Source of the DNA: Octopus vulgaris
Lineage: Eukaryota
Assembly (NCBI GenBank): GCA_951406725.2
Contig: OX597829.1
Coordinates: 15,562,001-15,626,000, forward strand
Reading direction: 5' to 3'
Length of the DNA stretch: 64,000 bases
The first letter of the stretch is position 1. Each line of letters opens with the position of its first letter. The position numbers and the translations under genes were made by a program. The notes under the pieces are model-generated. The model searched no databases. It was not told the DNA's origin and saw only the letters and a program-made list of their open reading frames with translations. Below are positions 30,347-45,598 of the stretch, piece after piece.

Positions 30347-30659
30347 TTATGTGTATGTGTATGTTGTGTGTATGTGTGTGTGTGTGTGTGTGGTGTATGT
30401 ATGCATATATAGGTATATAAAGACATATTTACATACACATAAATCTTGACAAACGTATAAATTTTGACACCAGCATATGTCGATCTCCTTTAAATTATGT
30501 GGCATGTGCGAACGGGCGTGCATGTTAATGTGGTTGTGTTGAGTTATGTGTATGTGTGTGTGTATGTATACGAGTATGTGTGTTTGTGCGCGAGAGAGAG
30601 AGAAAGAGATAGTTTATGTGTTTTCGTGTGTGTTTGTGTAAGTGTATGTAGTATAATAC

Positions 30660-30915
30660 GAATGCTTAAGATGTTCGCTTTGCAGCCACAACGACCGGGT
30701 TCGATCCCGCTGCGCCGCATCTTGAACGAGTGTCATTCTTTTTTGTGGCATCGTCAAGCCATAACTTGTGAGAAGGAAAGTATGGAGAAGCCTGTGGAAC
30801 TGATTCTACCTGTAGTTCAAAATATGCTGTCTTACCATACATGCACCAGGTTGATTTGCCTGAGAATTACGTGAAAAGTATATGAAACTGAGGAGTACTC
30901 AACCAGTTAAACGCA
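30660..30915 (+). mobile_element. Old tRNA-derived SINE (family C-like)
   Basis: B-box GGGTTCGATCCC; body resembles 1230-1340. Confidence 0.5.
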
Positions 30916-31382
30916 CACAAGGCGGCGAGCTGGCAGAAACGCGTAGCTGTATTTCGCCTGGCGTTACGTTCTGAGTTCAAATTCCGCCGAGGTCGACTTT
31001 GCCTTTCATCCTTTCGGGGTCGATTAAATAAGTACCAGTTACGCACTGGGGTCGATATAATCGACTTAATCTGTTTGTCTGTCCTTGTTAGTCCTCTCTG
31101 TGTTTAGCCCCTTGTGGGTAGTACAGAAATATATATATATATAGGTATAAGCACATGCATATATGTGTGTGTGTATCTGTGAATAGGTATGAGTGCGTGA
31201 GCACATGTATTTGTGTGTGTGTGTGTGAGTGCATGTATTTGTGTGCGTTTAACTGGTTGAGTACTCCTCAGTTTCATATACTTTTCACGTAATTCTCAGG
31301 CAAATCAACCTGGTGCATGTATGGTAAGACAGCATATTTTGAACTACAGGTAGAATCAGTTCCACAGGCTTCTCCATACTTT
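30777..31382. repeat. 144-bp apparently perfect inverted repeat (30777-30920 / 31239-31382)
   Basis: Arms read as exact reverse complements; spacer holds a family B SINE and TG repeats. Confidence 0.92.
30919..31131 (+). mobile_element. SINE family B
   Basis: AAGGCGGCGAGCTGGCAGAA head, GAGTTCAAATTCC B-box-like motif, shared core and tail. Confidence 0.88.
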
Positions 31383-31760
31383 GCCAAATATGCCAAAACA
31401 AAAAATTGTCGATAACCATTATAATTTATGCGTCTCGAAACAAACCGATAGAAATCTCTAAAAAAATTCGTTATTACCGTATTGGTCCAATTTCGGGGTT
31501 ATTCATAAGAAATTTTCTCCTCTTCAGCGGCAAATACGCGAGATATAAGTGAAATACCCATGGAAAAAGCAAGCACTAAGTCTCAAGCAGACCTAAGTAC
31601 CCCAAATATATCCAAAATAGAAAAATCTTCGGCACATCTCGAGACACGTGTGATTCGAACTAGAAACTTTCACAGAGTGATAGAATCCGGAAGTGAACAC
31701 TAATCTATTTATAATTAATATAGGATAAAAAATTTTTCCCGAAAAAAATTTTATCCTGTA

Positions 31761-31816
<56 letters not shown>

Positions 31817-31824
31817 GCGCGCGC

Positions 31825-31868
<44 letters not shown>

Positions 31869-32362
31869 GCGCGCGCGTGTGTGTGTTAGAAATTGTGTGT
31901 GCAAAATGATGTACGATTGCTACTGATGTATTTAGCGCTGTGTCTAGATTATCCTCATCTTGTGTGCTTCCTGTATAGTCACTAAGTAACTTAACGACTA
32001 CACGGTGCGTACTCTGATCCACTAAGTGAGCCACTGTTAAAGATGGCTTCATTCTAATAAATCATCACTGAACTTTAAGCAGACTCTCCAACACGCAGAA
32101 GATTTCGGGAAAAAAGTGAAGAATGTCCAAAGGCAAATAACGGTTAGCTTTATTCAAATTATTTCAGTGAGGTACTAGAAAGAAGAATATTACGAGTGGT
32201 GTCAGATTTTTGTATATTCCTTAACTCTATGTATATATGTGTTCTTGGGTATTGTTATAAAAAGAAATTTTTTGACAGAGACTTCGACTCTTTTGCTCAG
32301 TTGCCTTAGTCAAACAGCAAAATTTCTCTTGTTTTCCAAGCTTTTAATATATTTTTGTGTGC

Positions 32363-32525
32363 AGGCGCAGGAGTGGCTGTGTCGTAAGTAGCTTGTTTAC
32401 CAACCACATGGTTCCGGGTTCAGTCTCATTGCGTGGAACCTTGGGCAAGTGTCTTCTACTATAGCCTCGGGCCGACCAAAGCTTTGTGAGTGGATTTGGT
32501 AGATGGAAACTGAAAGAAGCCCGTC

Positions 32526-32591
<66 letters not shown>

Positions 32592-32826
32592 GTGTGTGTG
32601 TGTTTGTGTGTCTGTGTTTGTCTCCCTAGCATTGCTTCACAACCGATGCTGGTGTGTTTATGTCCCCGTAACTTAGAGGTTCGGCAAAAAGAGACCGATA
32701 GAATAAGTACTGGGCTTACAAAAGAATAAGTCCCGGGATGGAGTTGCTCGATTAAAGGCGGTGCTCCAGCATGGCCACAGTCAGATGACTGAAACAAGTA
32801 AAAGAGTAAAAGAGAGTAAAAGAGTA
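32363..32826 (+). mobile_element. Full-length family A SINE (tRNA head, CORE-like ACCTTGGGCAAGT, internal TA/TG repeat, GTAAAAGA tail repeats)
   Basis: Multiple homologous copies in the window. Probably one of the described octopus OK/OR SINEs; the family cannot be assigned without a search. Confidence 0.9.
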
Positions 32827-33889
32827 TTCCTTTTATGGGACAGAGTGGCTGAGAATTTGACGTGGCTTGATACTATTTTATATTGTAAAATACTTGTGCC
32901 TAAATACATGCTGATGTTCTGTCTAGGTTACTCTTTTTATTGTATATGACGTTTGTTTCTGAACTGTAGCTAATTTTTTTTTGCATTCTGATCAATGGGC
33001 ATTGGGATATTATTTCTAACATTATGATTTGCACTTTGCATTGAATCTTTCACCTTCATTATTCCTCTTTGCTATACAGGTTTATGTAGCACGAACTTTT
33101 TATCTTCGATCTTTAGTAATATACTTGTATAATATTTTGTTGCATTATATTACATTTCTGTTATATTGTAACGAGTTAAATGACCGTGTAGCGGTTTTCA
33201 GGTTTGTGCATTCCGTAGTATTGTCACCCTTCCTCGTATACGAACGCCTGTTAACATTACCGACACATTCCAGTTTTGTATACCCTACCAATCAGTCCAT
33301 TACAGTGAACCGAACAGCGAACACTTATAACTGTAACTTCAGATTACATTTTAAGTGGTGGAATCCAAGTATTGTCATTTTCCTTCATTTTTGATATTCC
33401 GATATTTGATTTTGGAGCAGTAGTGTGCATCAGCACGATCTCCTCCAATTTTCATATACCGACCCACTTTTCAACGAATAGATTTCCACTTACCAAAATG
33501 CCTTTTTTTTTATCTTTCCCCTATCCACACACCAGTAATTTCTGAAAGAGTTTTGGCACCGCTTTAATACACCTCAGTAGCTTCTAATCATTGTTTTTCT
33601 TTTCTGTTTCATTTTGTTGCTCCCTTTTTCCCTGTTAACTTCAAACCCGTGAATGTGTGAATGCCTGAGTGATAAACAGCTATTTACAAATTCAATCCCT
33701 CCTCTTTTCTTCTTACTCGTGGCTAAAGGTTTGTTTCTGCGTTTGTGAGTGGGCATGTGTGTAACTGTATAGGGAAAAAACAATTAATCATAGACTCCCA
33801 TCTTCTCAGCTGCTTGCTAGGTCTAGAGGAAGGAGCAGTGCCTATGACATTTGCAGGCCTGCTGATGCCAGAGAGTTTTATGGCGCTAA

Positions 33890-34265
33890 TCTCTCTATAT
33901 ATAAACGGCAAAATGTCTGTCTGTGTGTGTGCGCGCGTGTCCTTTATACAAATCCACAATTTTTCAGTTAGAGGGCTCGCACTTTCTATGGTCATTTAAA
34001 ACCATCCAAGGGTGGTCGCGCACATCTTTACATTTCCCCAGTCACCCTGCAAAGCCATTAAAAAATCAATAGAAGTGACCTTTTTGTGAATTTTCTATCC
34101 CAAACCCAATCAAAATGCCCGAAACTTGATACGCCAATTGAATGTCAGCTAGCTGTATGTGATTGGTCGGAGATTTGGACAGTACTCGCGTGTATGTGCG
34201 CACGCACGCAGCTGTATATGCATGCATAAGCACTATGACCCGGCAACGCTGGGTCATAGTGCTAG
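33890..34265 (+). mobile_element. Complete 376-bp non-autonomous Helitron
   Basis: A|TCTCTCTATATATAAA start, hairpin GCACTATGACCCGGC-AAC-GCTGGGTCATAGTGC, CTAG|T end, AT target, no TSD. Confidence 0.88.
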
Positions 34266-34654
34266 TATTCATATAAACTATTACAGTAAACAAATAAAAG
34301 AAAATCATGGGTACGAAGGAGACTCCAGAGAGCTGATAAACTAAAGAGACAAATTCGCTGTAATGATTTATGGCAGGTCTTGAGCAAAACATGAGCAACG
34401 AAAGATGGTGAAACGAGTTGATAGAGAGTACCCGAATCGAGAAGATCACCGATGAGCCAGAAGCTGGTGCATGTTAGTGAGTTAGCAAATAAGTATCCAT
34501 GTGAATGCGTACATGCTATGAAATTTCTCAGTGCAATAAGTATTCATTTTGAGGGCAGGAAAATTTCAAAGTAACATGCTAAGGATCAACTGATATGTAT
34601 TACACCATGTTATTAAGATATTAAATGTTTTTTTCAGCTGATCGTTAGAAGCCA

Positions 34655-34821
34655 TATACATACATCCATACATACACACACACATACATACATACATACA
34701 TCCATACATACACACATACATACATACATACATACATACATACATACATACATAAATACATGCATACCCACATACATAAATACATAAATACATGCATACA
34801 TACATACACACATACATACAC

Positions 34822-34854
<33 letters not shown>

Positions 34855-35219
34855 CATGCATACCCACATATATACATACATAAATACATACATACGTACA
34901 TACATACATATATACATGCATACCCACATATATACATACATAAATACATACATACATGCTTACATACATATATACATGCATACCCACATATATACATACA
35001 TAAATACATACATACATGCTTACATACACAATACATAAATACATGCATACATACATACATACATGCATACAAACAAAAATACATACATGCATACCTACAT
35101 ATATACATGCATATCTACATACATACATAAATACATACATACATACATACATGCATGCATACACACATACATACATACATGCATACATACATACATACAT
35201 ACATACATACATACATACA

Positions 35220-35250
<31 letters not shown>
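34655..35250. repeat. (CATA)n tract with a 60-bp higher-order repeat
   Basis: TACCCACATATATACATACATAAATACATACATAC recurs at 34861, 34921 and 34981. Confidence 0.9.
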
Positions 35251-35252
<2 letters not shown>

Positions 35253-36911
35253 GTGAGGGCAGGCTCGTATGAAAGAGTCAACAAATGAAAAGAAGTACTA
35301 CTCAAAAAAGTCAATTGAAGCTGACTCAGTTCTACATTACTTAAAAATTCATGGAAACGAAATATGTCATCTTCAACTGCAGAGTCAGAGTGAAGAGAAA
35401 TTTTTTAAAATGCGCCCCAATCCGTAAAGTGAACATGGTGATGGTGTCTAGTAAGGTTTGGTGTTTCAGCGACGGTATAGCTATACAGAGCAAGAGTACC
35501 AGTGTGATAGTTTGTTATATATTAGTTTGTGTGTCGAGCATGGTTTCCGGTGCAAATATTGCGAGTTGTTTTACACGAAAGAGGAAATAATCTCACTGTG
35601 CGCAAACTGAGGTTATAGACATTCTGATGGCCATCTACCTCGAGGGAGGCCTTTCCGGGATATCCGCGATTGATTGATTGGAATACGTTAACAAAATCTA
35701 TTTGTTTTTGCGACAACAATAAGATGGATTGGTTCGCTTGTTGATGAATTCTGCAAACATGTGTATGCATATGAATACACGTATGTGTATGTATGCTTAC
35801 ATGTTTGTATGTTTATGTACATGTTTGTATGTTTATGTACGTGAGTGTATGTGTACGTACATATTTGTGCATAGGCGTGCAGGTGTGTGCTTATGTGTAT
35901 TTGCGAAAGTAAATACACGACAGGTAGCTTTTGATTTTTTGCAAGCATATAACCCAGTACAACTTGCTACATGGTTTGGTTTTTGGTAATTTTTGCAACT
36001 TGGTACATGGTTTGGTTTTTGGTAATTAAACTAGCAAATACGGCAGAATACACATGAAAGGACTAAACCAGCGCCCGACTAACGACTATCAAGTAATGTT
36101 GAACGAAGACAGGGTAATATTGAGAATAAGCGCACTGTAAGAAGACTTTGAGAACGATGGTACTCCTGGTTCTTGCTAAAAGAACCGTCTCGGAGAAAGA
36201 CAGATTAGGCTCTTTAACCATATTGAGGAGTAGACTATCTGAGTCGTCCTGCTATTTTGCGGCTCCAGAAACACAAAAATCTAGAAGCTATAACGATCAG
36301 GTTTGAAGGCATTTGCCGACAGAATTTCCCGTAGAATTTTGAATTTTGGAAGTGGTATCAGTTGTCCTATGATTGCTTTTACCACTGGATCGTTCAACTT
36401 TACAGTGAGGGTAGTGATACTGAGAAATGCGCACCACTGTTACTATCATATAGCACCATTATGCATGTATCTTTTCCTGCCATAAAGAAAGTTAATTTCG
36501 TATGTCAGATGTTTATGCTACAGTGTATAGGTATCTAACACGCGTGTTCTGTTACAGTGATATTCATCAAGAATGTAATTACAGAATTATATTCTTCATA
36601 AGATTACAGTATAGATGTAGCATAGGCATTAGTAATCATAAGGTTCTGGTCACCTGCGCAACTGCAACATCAGCTGCTGACTCTCTTTAAAGAATGCGGT
36701 AATCAAAATATTCACAATTGAAAGCTAAAATAAGCAGCCATTTATTTCCGTGAATGACCATTGACTTGTGTCGTAAACACACACATATATGTATGCGACT
36801 ATATGTATGTATGTATTTATATATGTACATACATACGCACACACACACACACATGTATATATATACAGATACATATAAATATATACAGATACACACATAT
36901 ATATATATAAC

Positions 36912-36976
<65 letters not shown>

Positions 36977-37428
36977 CATATACATACATATATTTATGTA
37001 TGTATATATATATATATATACATATATATACATACATATATATATATATACATATATACATATATACATATATACATATACATATATACATATACATATA
37101 TACATATACATATATACATATACATATATACATATATATATATATAACGTATATACAAATATATATATATACACACACATATACATACATATAATTATGT
37201 ATGCATATATGTATACATATAGGTTGGTATACATTAAATACATGACAACAAATGTACTGAAATGAAGGTATGTAGAACTTTCATGATTTGTTCAGTGGTC
37301 TACATGTATATGTGTATATGAGTGTGTTTGTGTGTGTATACATAAATATATGTTTGTGTGTATATATATATATATATATTATTTATATACGTGCATATAT
37401 ACACACACACACACACAGACACACACAC

Positions 37429-37509
<81 letters not shown>

Positions 37510-38150
37510 TATTATATTACATATTTCATATGTATGCATATATGTGTGTGGAGTAGGACTATGTATGTAGAAATATATGCGTGCATAAATGTATGTGAAT
37601 TATTTCACACATGTCCAGAAACTATATTTCGTAGACTACGAAAAATCACTGTCACATGCAATAAAAAATGGCTACTTTCTTTTTTTTTTTTTTTCCCACA
37701 GACTTTTACTTCTATCATTATATTTTAGACCATGACAGCAAACACAATCGTATTCCTTTTTAAACCTGGAATCAATTTCTTTGTATAGCATCGCCTACCA
37801 ATTTCTGTAATTATCCCCCTTTCATGTAATAAATATAAATGTGTATATGCGCATATAGACATATATATATATATGTATATATATGCGTGTGTGTGTGCAT
37901 GCGCGTGTATATATGTAAATATATGTATGTGTGTGTATGTATATATACATATATATATATACACATTCACACGCACTCATTGTTGTTGCTTTCACAGTTA
38001 TTACATAGAAGTATCTTTCTTCGATTTTCTTCGTTCTAAAGAATGTCGTTATATCAGGAAAATTGTCTGTTTACTTCCTATTACATCTTACTTGTACACG
38101 ATTACCATCCTAATTTCGTTGTGTGTCTGTGTGTATAACAGATAGATAGC

Positions 38151-38197
<47 letters not shown>

Positions 38198-38293
38198 GAA
38201 GGGAGAGAAAGTGTGTAGGACAGACACAGAGAAAAAAACCATTACATGCTTTATGATGTGTAGTAAACAAAAACTAGAAATCAGTCATATATT

Positions 38294-38339
<46 letters not shown>

Positions 38340-38341
38340 TG

Positions 38342-38394
<53 letters not shown>

Positions 38395-38427
38395 GTATAT
38401 ATATGTATATATGTATGTATATATGTA

Positions 38428-38471
<44 letters not shown>

Positions 38472-39705
38472 ATATATGAATATGAATACTCACACATGTG
38501 TGTGTATGTCTGTAAGTATGTATGTATACACATAAACACGCACACATGATCTGACATGCACCCGCGCACATACACACAATCTAATTTTTTTGATTTTTAT
38601 TTATTTATTTATTTTTTTGTTTATTTTGGTCCTTGTGAACGGAAGAACATGAGTGAAAGGGAAAGAGAATACAGAATACATAATGTGTAATGTCAACGAT
38701 TTCTAAGAGTTTTTCGTTAAATGTCTGCCTTTCGGCTTTGGTAACATATGCAATTGAATCCTGTCAACTGGTACCTACTATATCGATAGCGAATCTGTTG
38801 TTATAAAGAAAGAGCAGAATCAATTCGAATGTAGAACTTTCTTTCTAAGTTATAACTTTTCAGAGTCAATAACAACTCAGACCCTTATCTTTTTGCTTGG
38901 CATCGTCGGTGATATCTCTAAGACTCACTTGCCAATTTGCTAAGGGCCATCCAGATAATTTTCTGCGATATATTTAGCGTATTACAGTAATTGGTTCAGT
39001 AACAAGTTCTAATGGCCACTTGTATTTATATCGATGTGCTGCCGGCAGAGGACATTTGAATATTTTATAGCAGAGTCTATGGCAACCCAGTTTCGCTGCT
39101 TAGTTCGATCGGTCTCTTGGGTAGAACTTTGTAATAAAACAATGCTTGCGTTTCAGGTGCCACTACAGAATTTTCTAGATGTTATTGATGAGTAATATTG
39201 ATAATTTTTGAAATCGTTCGACACCATCTGCTAATTGTTTCAGTGGGTTTTCTATATGGAAGCTATCTACACACCCTCCTACCCCTACCCCACCCCACCT
39301 CCAAAAAAATAAATAGAAAATAAAGATATGATTTTCCTCTTTGTTAAGTTGTAATTTATAGAGTGTATATTATATGTTGGTGACGCATCGAAGTTGTTAA
39401 AGATTCACTTCAAGACGGAAAGAGTTGTATGATTCATTAAAGATTTCCTCTTTTCTTCTTATTTTACTTTTTTTTTTTTTTCTTTTGATAAACTCACCTT
39501 CTATTAAATATTTTAAAGTATCCGCGCGCGGCGCTAGTATGTGTTGATCCCTTTTTGGCAAATGAATGCATTGCTCATACTTTTCGTTTTTACAAATGGG
39601 GGTAGACAGATTAGTGGTTTAGTCTGAAGAAAATGGATTAGCTGTTTTGTAAGCAGATGCATTTACAGAATAGATGAACGTTCTATATAATTATGATTGG
39701 TGGGT

Positions 39706-39907
39706 AAGGCGGCGAGCTGGCAGAAACGTTAGCACGCCGGGCGAAATGCGTAGCCGTATTTCGTCTGCCGTTACGTTCCGAATTCAAATTCGGGGTCGAT
39801 AAATTAAGTACTAGTTACGCACTGGAGTTGATATAATCGACTTAATCCGTTTGTCTGTCCTTGTTTGTCCCCTGTGTGTTTAGCCCCTTGTGGGTAGTAA
39901 AGAAATA
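39706..39907 (+). mobile_element. SINE family B, internally deleted, with ~20-bp imperfect TSD
   Basis: Flanks TATATAATTATGATTGG and TATATAATTATGGTTGG. Confidence 0.85.
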
Positions 39908-40518
39908 TATATAATTATGGTTGGGGATGGAATATAGCAAAAACTGCTTGGCGTGGTCTTTTAATATAACGTGGAAATAATTGCAGATACTTATAATTAA
40001 ATAATTACGAATTAAGGAAGGTTCTATGCAATGATTAAATTTTGATGTGTTTTCAAAGTGACACTAAACTTTTTTTCTTTTCCCTTCCATATTCTATTCT
40101 TTTACTTTTTTCCCCATTTATTCCGATGATGGTCTATCATCCGAAATGTTATATTCTTTTCTATTTCTCTGACTGAGTAATGACGTAAAGATATTGGCAT
40201 TTTTCATGTATCTCCTTCTGTTAATTAGCTGAAATTGTTCGTCAGAATAAACTATTAGAAACCGCTGACGTCAGGAGTATTTCTACCACAAATTCAAGCT
40301 AGAAGGCGTCACAAGTTTTTATTAGGAAACATTAGTAATAATATTTTAACTGATTTTACGATTGAATATGAAGAGAGTCAAATTACTTTACGCTTTTATG
40401 TAAACGGTAGATTAAATATTTTTTTAGCTATTTCATAATATTTGAACAATGTCCCATGACGTACCATTGGACTCACATATCTTTCTCACAATTTTTTTTG
40501 AAGGCTTAGTGATATGTA

Positions 40519-40575
<57 letters not shown>

Positions 40576-41598
40576 ATGTATGTATTATGTATGCATGTAT
40601 GTATGTATGCATGCATGTACGTACATATGTATGAGCATGTATGTGTGTGCATGTATGTGTGCATGTATGTGTGTATGTATATGTGTGTGTATATATACAT
40701 TTGTTTGTATATGCATATATGTATACACAACGTATATTCAAGCATTACAAGCAAGAATCAGCGGGCCTGTTTCTATTTCTTTTTCAAATTAGTTCTTGTA
40801 ATGTCTAATATCGTTTTACGTTAAAATTTCTAGCAGTTATTTCATTCATAATATATATAAATGAAAAGAAACACATAAATTCCAATACATGATTTCTATA
40901 CAGTATGCACACTCTATATACGTATCATTTGTCGCCTCTGAATTTGAATTCAGCATGATTGCACTCTCGCCAAACATATAAAGATTGTAAATTTACAAAA
41001 ACATATCTATAATTCTTTTATTTCACTAAATATATTTCCTTGTCAATAACACGTTCTCAGCTCTCCGAAGATCTTGATATTTTATATTTTATTCTTAACA
41101 TATTTCGGATTCTGTTTGCCAGTTTCCTGCGTATGTCTTTCTATTGGCATATATCACTTTAACACTTTCGCAGCTACACAGGCTGATAAATCTCACTTCT
41201 CTTTTTATACTGTGTTATAGAAATTTAATATCTGTTGTTAGAATGTTTCTATAGGAACTGTTCAATATAAGCGTGAAAGAATCATTTCAAAATCAACATT
41301 CAGCGGTGTACATATATATCTCAATATTCTCGTCTAAAGCTAACCTACGACATATCTTCGTAAAATATTTTAATGAAATTTTATTTTCTGAATTTTCTCC
41401 ATAGGATTAATTCATATATGAAACTGGGTGTATATGAATAAAACTAGATAGGTTTAATCATAATAATACCACAATATTATTACCATGTAGCATCCGATTT
41501 ATTGAGATTCTTTCAAAGCATCTACATCTGTGTACATCTGTTCATGAATTGACTTACATACACATTCAAATACACACATACATACATGCATACATACA

Positions 41599-41771
<173 letters not shown>

Positions 41772-41889
41772 GAATGTTTTTATATATAATGAACGTGAAA
41801 TACAGGAAGGGACGAACACGGAACACAGACAAATCATTCGAAGCCTTCAATCTTCAGTCAGACACCGAATCATCATAGCAAATTTCGGC

Positions 41890-44411
41890 TATTGCCAGTT
41901 TAGCCAATAAAAACACACGCACTATATATTTGGTGCTATTTCTTCAACGTATGCGACAAAACTTACTGCATGAACCGAATTTATCCAACAACATTACCCT
42001 TCAACAAAAGAGTATACATCCCAAGACGTACTAATGACCACATGGAAGCACAGTTTACTATAGCTAGGACCAAACTTAGACAGATTTTAGGATTATACAT
42101 TAAGAGACAGAGACAGAATAAGACAGATGCCCAACAACTCGGGATTAAACCTGCATGTGGCCTACAGAAGCTCATTCAGCGCACGAGGAACGGAGAGGTG
42201 ATATGCCTTCCCACGGATAAGTCCGGCAGGATGTCAATAGACAGCTTACCGAACTACATCCAGGCAATGCAACCTCATATCGCCAATACAAAAGTAACAA
42301 CTGTACAGGCGCATGAGGAGAGAGAAAAGGTCCTCAATGCCCACATGATGATGTGGACAATTGTTCTAGGACCTCAGAAACGTACTGCAAGGAATTTCCA
42401 AGCCTGGAACAATGATATCCCGGCACTGTATGGACTTCGCAAGGACCATAAAGGTTTTACTGACCCTATAGCAGGACCACCAACAAGACCAGTCTGTGGA
42501 GCGAATATCGCTAGCAATTACAGAATCTCCTACTTCCTCTCAATGATCATACGCCCTATAATCAGGATGTCACCTGATGTGTGTGACAGCACAGAAGATC
42601 TCCTAAGCAGGATCAGTGACTGTAACAAAACTTGTGACTTGACAGGATGTATAGTAGGTAGCATGGTTGTGGTATCCCTATACCCATCGATTGACGTAGA
42701 TTTTGCTGTGGAGAAGTGCGTGGAGATGATCAACGAGAGCCAGGTGGAGTTCTGTAATGTCGACACAGAAGAACTGGGCCTCCTACTTAGACTGACATAT
42801 AATAGTGAATACTTAGATAAACATAATCTTAGTAGTTTCTGCCCCAGTAGATGTTTAAGAGGTAGACCGCCTACAATTACTTCTATGGCTAGGAAGACAC
42901 ATATAGAAAGATGGCGCGGATGGACCAGAGCCATACGGAGCCCCGCAAATGTCCATCAGGTAAAGAAAATGATCGCACATGCACTAGGAGCTAGTATAAG
43001 AGTTACCCTAAAAGGCCACACATTTAAATTTAATAATAAAATATATGCCCAGGACGAGGGGGCAGCCATCGGTGTTAGTATCGCTGGTGATGTGGCCAAC
43101 CTCTTCATGGTATGGTGGGACAGAAGGCTTAAAGAATGCCTACTGCAGAAATCCATACTTGTAAACATGTACTCTCGCTATGTTGATGATATCAATATAG
43201 TAGTAAAGGCACCCCCACAAGAGAGTAATGTTGATATAGTAATAGAAACTAATACTATGGATAGCATCCAGCAAATAGCTAACTCCATCCACCAGAGTAT
43301 TAAGGTCACAATAGACTACCCCACTAAACACCCCAACCATAGACTACCAGTACTAGACACTGAACTCTGGCTAGAAATTGTGAAAAATAAAACCCAAATC
43401 CTTCATTCATACTATGCAAAACCTATGGCCTCAAAATACCTGATCCACCGGAACTCAGCCATTGCGGGCAATGCCAAATTCAATATTTTGATGGCAGACC
43501 TCGTCAGAATAATGAGAAATGTGTCACGCATGTGCGAGCCTACAGAATTAAAGAGACACATACAGTATTTCATTCACCGCATGCAGTTCTCAGGTTACAG
43601 CCATAAAGAAAGGGTCAGAGTATACAAAGGAGCCATGAAGAAATTTGATAATATATTATGTAATGATAGGAATGGGATTTGCCCACTCTATAGGAACAAG
43701 TCATGGAACACTATAGAAAGGACAAAAAGAAAATAGGGAAGGCCAACTCTTGGTATGATAGCCATAAATACCAGAATATCATGTTCGTTGACACCACCCC
43801 TGGAGGTGAACTGGCGTACCGCTTTAGAAGGACCCTAGATAAACTTAAACTAAGAATTAAGGTTGTTGAAAAGCCAGGCAACCCTATCAGATCTATAATT
43901 GGTAGAAGCTATCCTTTTAGTAGAACTCTCTGTACGGATAACTATTGCACTGTATGTAGATTTAGCCCACAAACAAACTGTAAAGCCAGAAATGTGGTCA
44001 TATAGTATAAGATGTATAGAGGGACGATGCAGTAACAAGACAGTAACATACGTAGGGGAAACAGCAAGAAGCATTGGTGAGCGGGTGAATGAACATTGGA
44101 GACAACTCAAGGAAGGTAAAAGCTCATCGATTCTGTACCAACACGCTGAACAAGAACACGGGGGATCAATCAATAACATAGAGATTAAGATATTGTCCAC
44201 ACATAGAACAGATGCAACAATTAGACAAATTACAGAAGCTACACATATAATAGAAAATAAACCTAGCCTGAATAGAAAACTAGAATGGAGCAATAGCGCA
44301 CACCACAACATATGACGATAGTGGATCCTGCAAACATAATAAATACACAGATAATTAAAGAAATAGAAATGAATAACTATATATATGTATATGTGTATGT
44401 ATATGTGTATA

Positions 44412-44460
<49 letters not shown>

Positions 44461-44465
44461 GTATA

Positions 44466-44505
<40 letters not shown>

Positions 44506-45068
44506 TATTTATTTATTTTTTTTTTTTTTTTCAATTAGATTTATTATTATTATTACTAATATTGTTGTTATACATACATACAAGCATATGTAATGATAAT
44601 AATGGGTGGATGTAAACACATGAACAAAATTAGAACAAAAGCAACAACAACAAAAACAAAATACAAATTACAAGAATGTATATAACCAGAAGATACAAAT
44701 ATTACAGGCATTCCCCCCCACACACACACACTAAATAAACATAGACGCACATAGAGATATAAGCATGCGCAGATGAAGACATACAATAGAAATACAAAAT
44801 GGCTGACGGTTAGTAAGGAGAGACACAAGTAAGTGAGAAGAAAACAAAGGACCACTGATGCGGTCACAGGAGTGTGACGAAAGAACTTTGGCCGAAATAA
44901 GATTAAGATTAATGTAAAAAATAAATATCACTGAAGCAAAATAACACCAAATATATAGTGCGTGTGTTTTTATTGGCTAAACTGGCAATATGACCATTCC
45001 GAAATATAACAATATCTGTTTCAACACACGACTTCACATAAAAAATCTTGCACAACAAATATTTAAAC

Positions 45069-45070
<2 letters not shown>
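41890..45070 (+). mobile_element. Penelope-like element (RT + C-terminal GIY-YIG), 5'-truncated with inverted pLTR segment
   Basis: Coding region below; 41890-41946 is an inverted copy of ~44932-44990; (TA)n tracts bound the locus on both sides. Confidence 0.9.
41970..44315 (+). pseudogene. PLE polyprotein: reverse transcriptase, Cys-rich linker and GIY-YIG endonuclease, two frameshifts
   Basis: TDKSG, LYGLRKDHK, TRPVC, SMVVVSLYPSI (expected catalytic Asp reads Val), QDEGAAIG..AGDVANLFM, RYVDD, LPVLD, YYAKP. Then CTDNYCTVC..C, NVV/YSIRC..YVGETARSIGERVNEH..EA..I..PSLN across frameshifts near 43730 and 44000. Confidence 0.92.
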
Positions 45071-45144
<74 letters not shown>

Positions 45145-45598
45145 CAGTCAATTAGATAAACGAAATTACTACTTCTGATGAAATTACCGCTATTGTAGTA
45201 CGCTACATATGGTCATGGGATCCGCCATGGGATCCACCAGAAAGAGCAGCTGTCTCCCCCAGACTTCAGAGATGGTAATTAATATTGAATAATATAGTTC
45301 GGGTTCAATATATGAAAATTACTCAAGACTGTTATGGCGGTCTAAGATGATCGGAGTATCTAAAGAACAACATTTCTACAATTAATCCCAATAACTACAA
45401 AGTTCACCTACCGGAAGTTATAGCAAAAATCCGATCGCACCTTATAAATTGGGAGTGTATATTGGAAGAGGTAGTTTTGTTGAATTGTTTGTTTGTAAAT
45501 GAGATGGTCACGGTTGGAGTACAGTGACCATATACCCGTTTAGCCAAAAATGATCTACGGCTAAACGGGCCAATCAGGTGATCGGAGTGGTCCTTGAC

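Noticed and set aside
45170-45285. CTGATGA followed by AATTACC/GGTAATT pairing
   Set aside because: No GAAA after the closing stem and no stem III.
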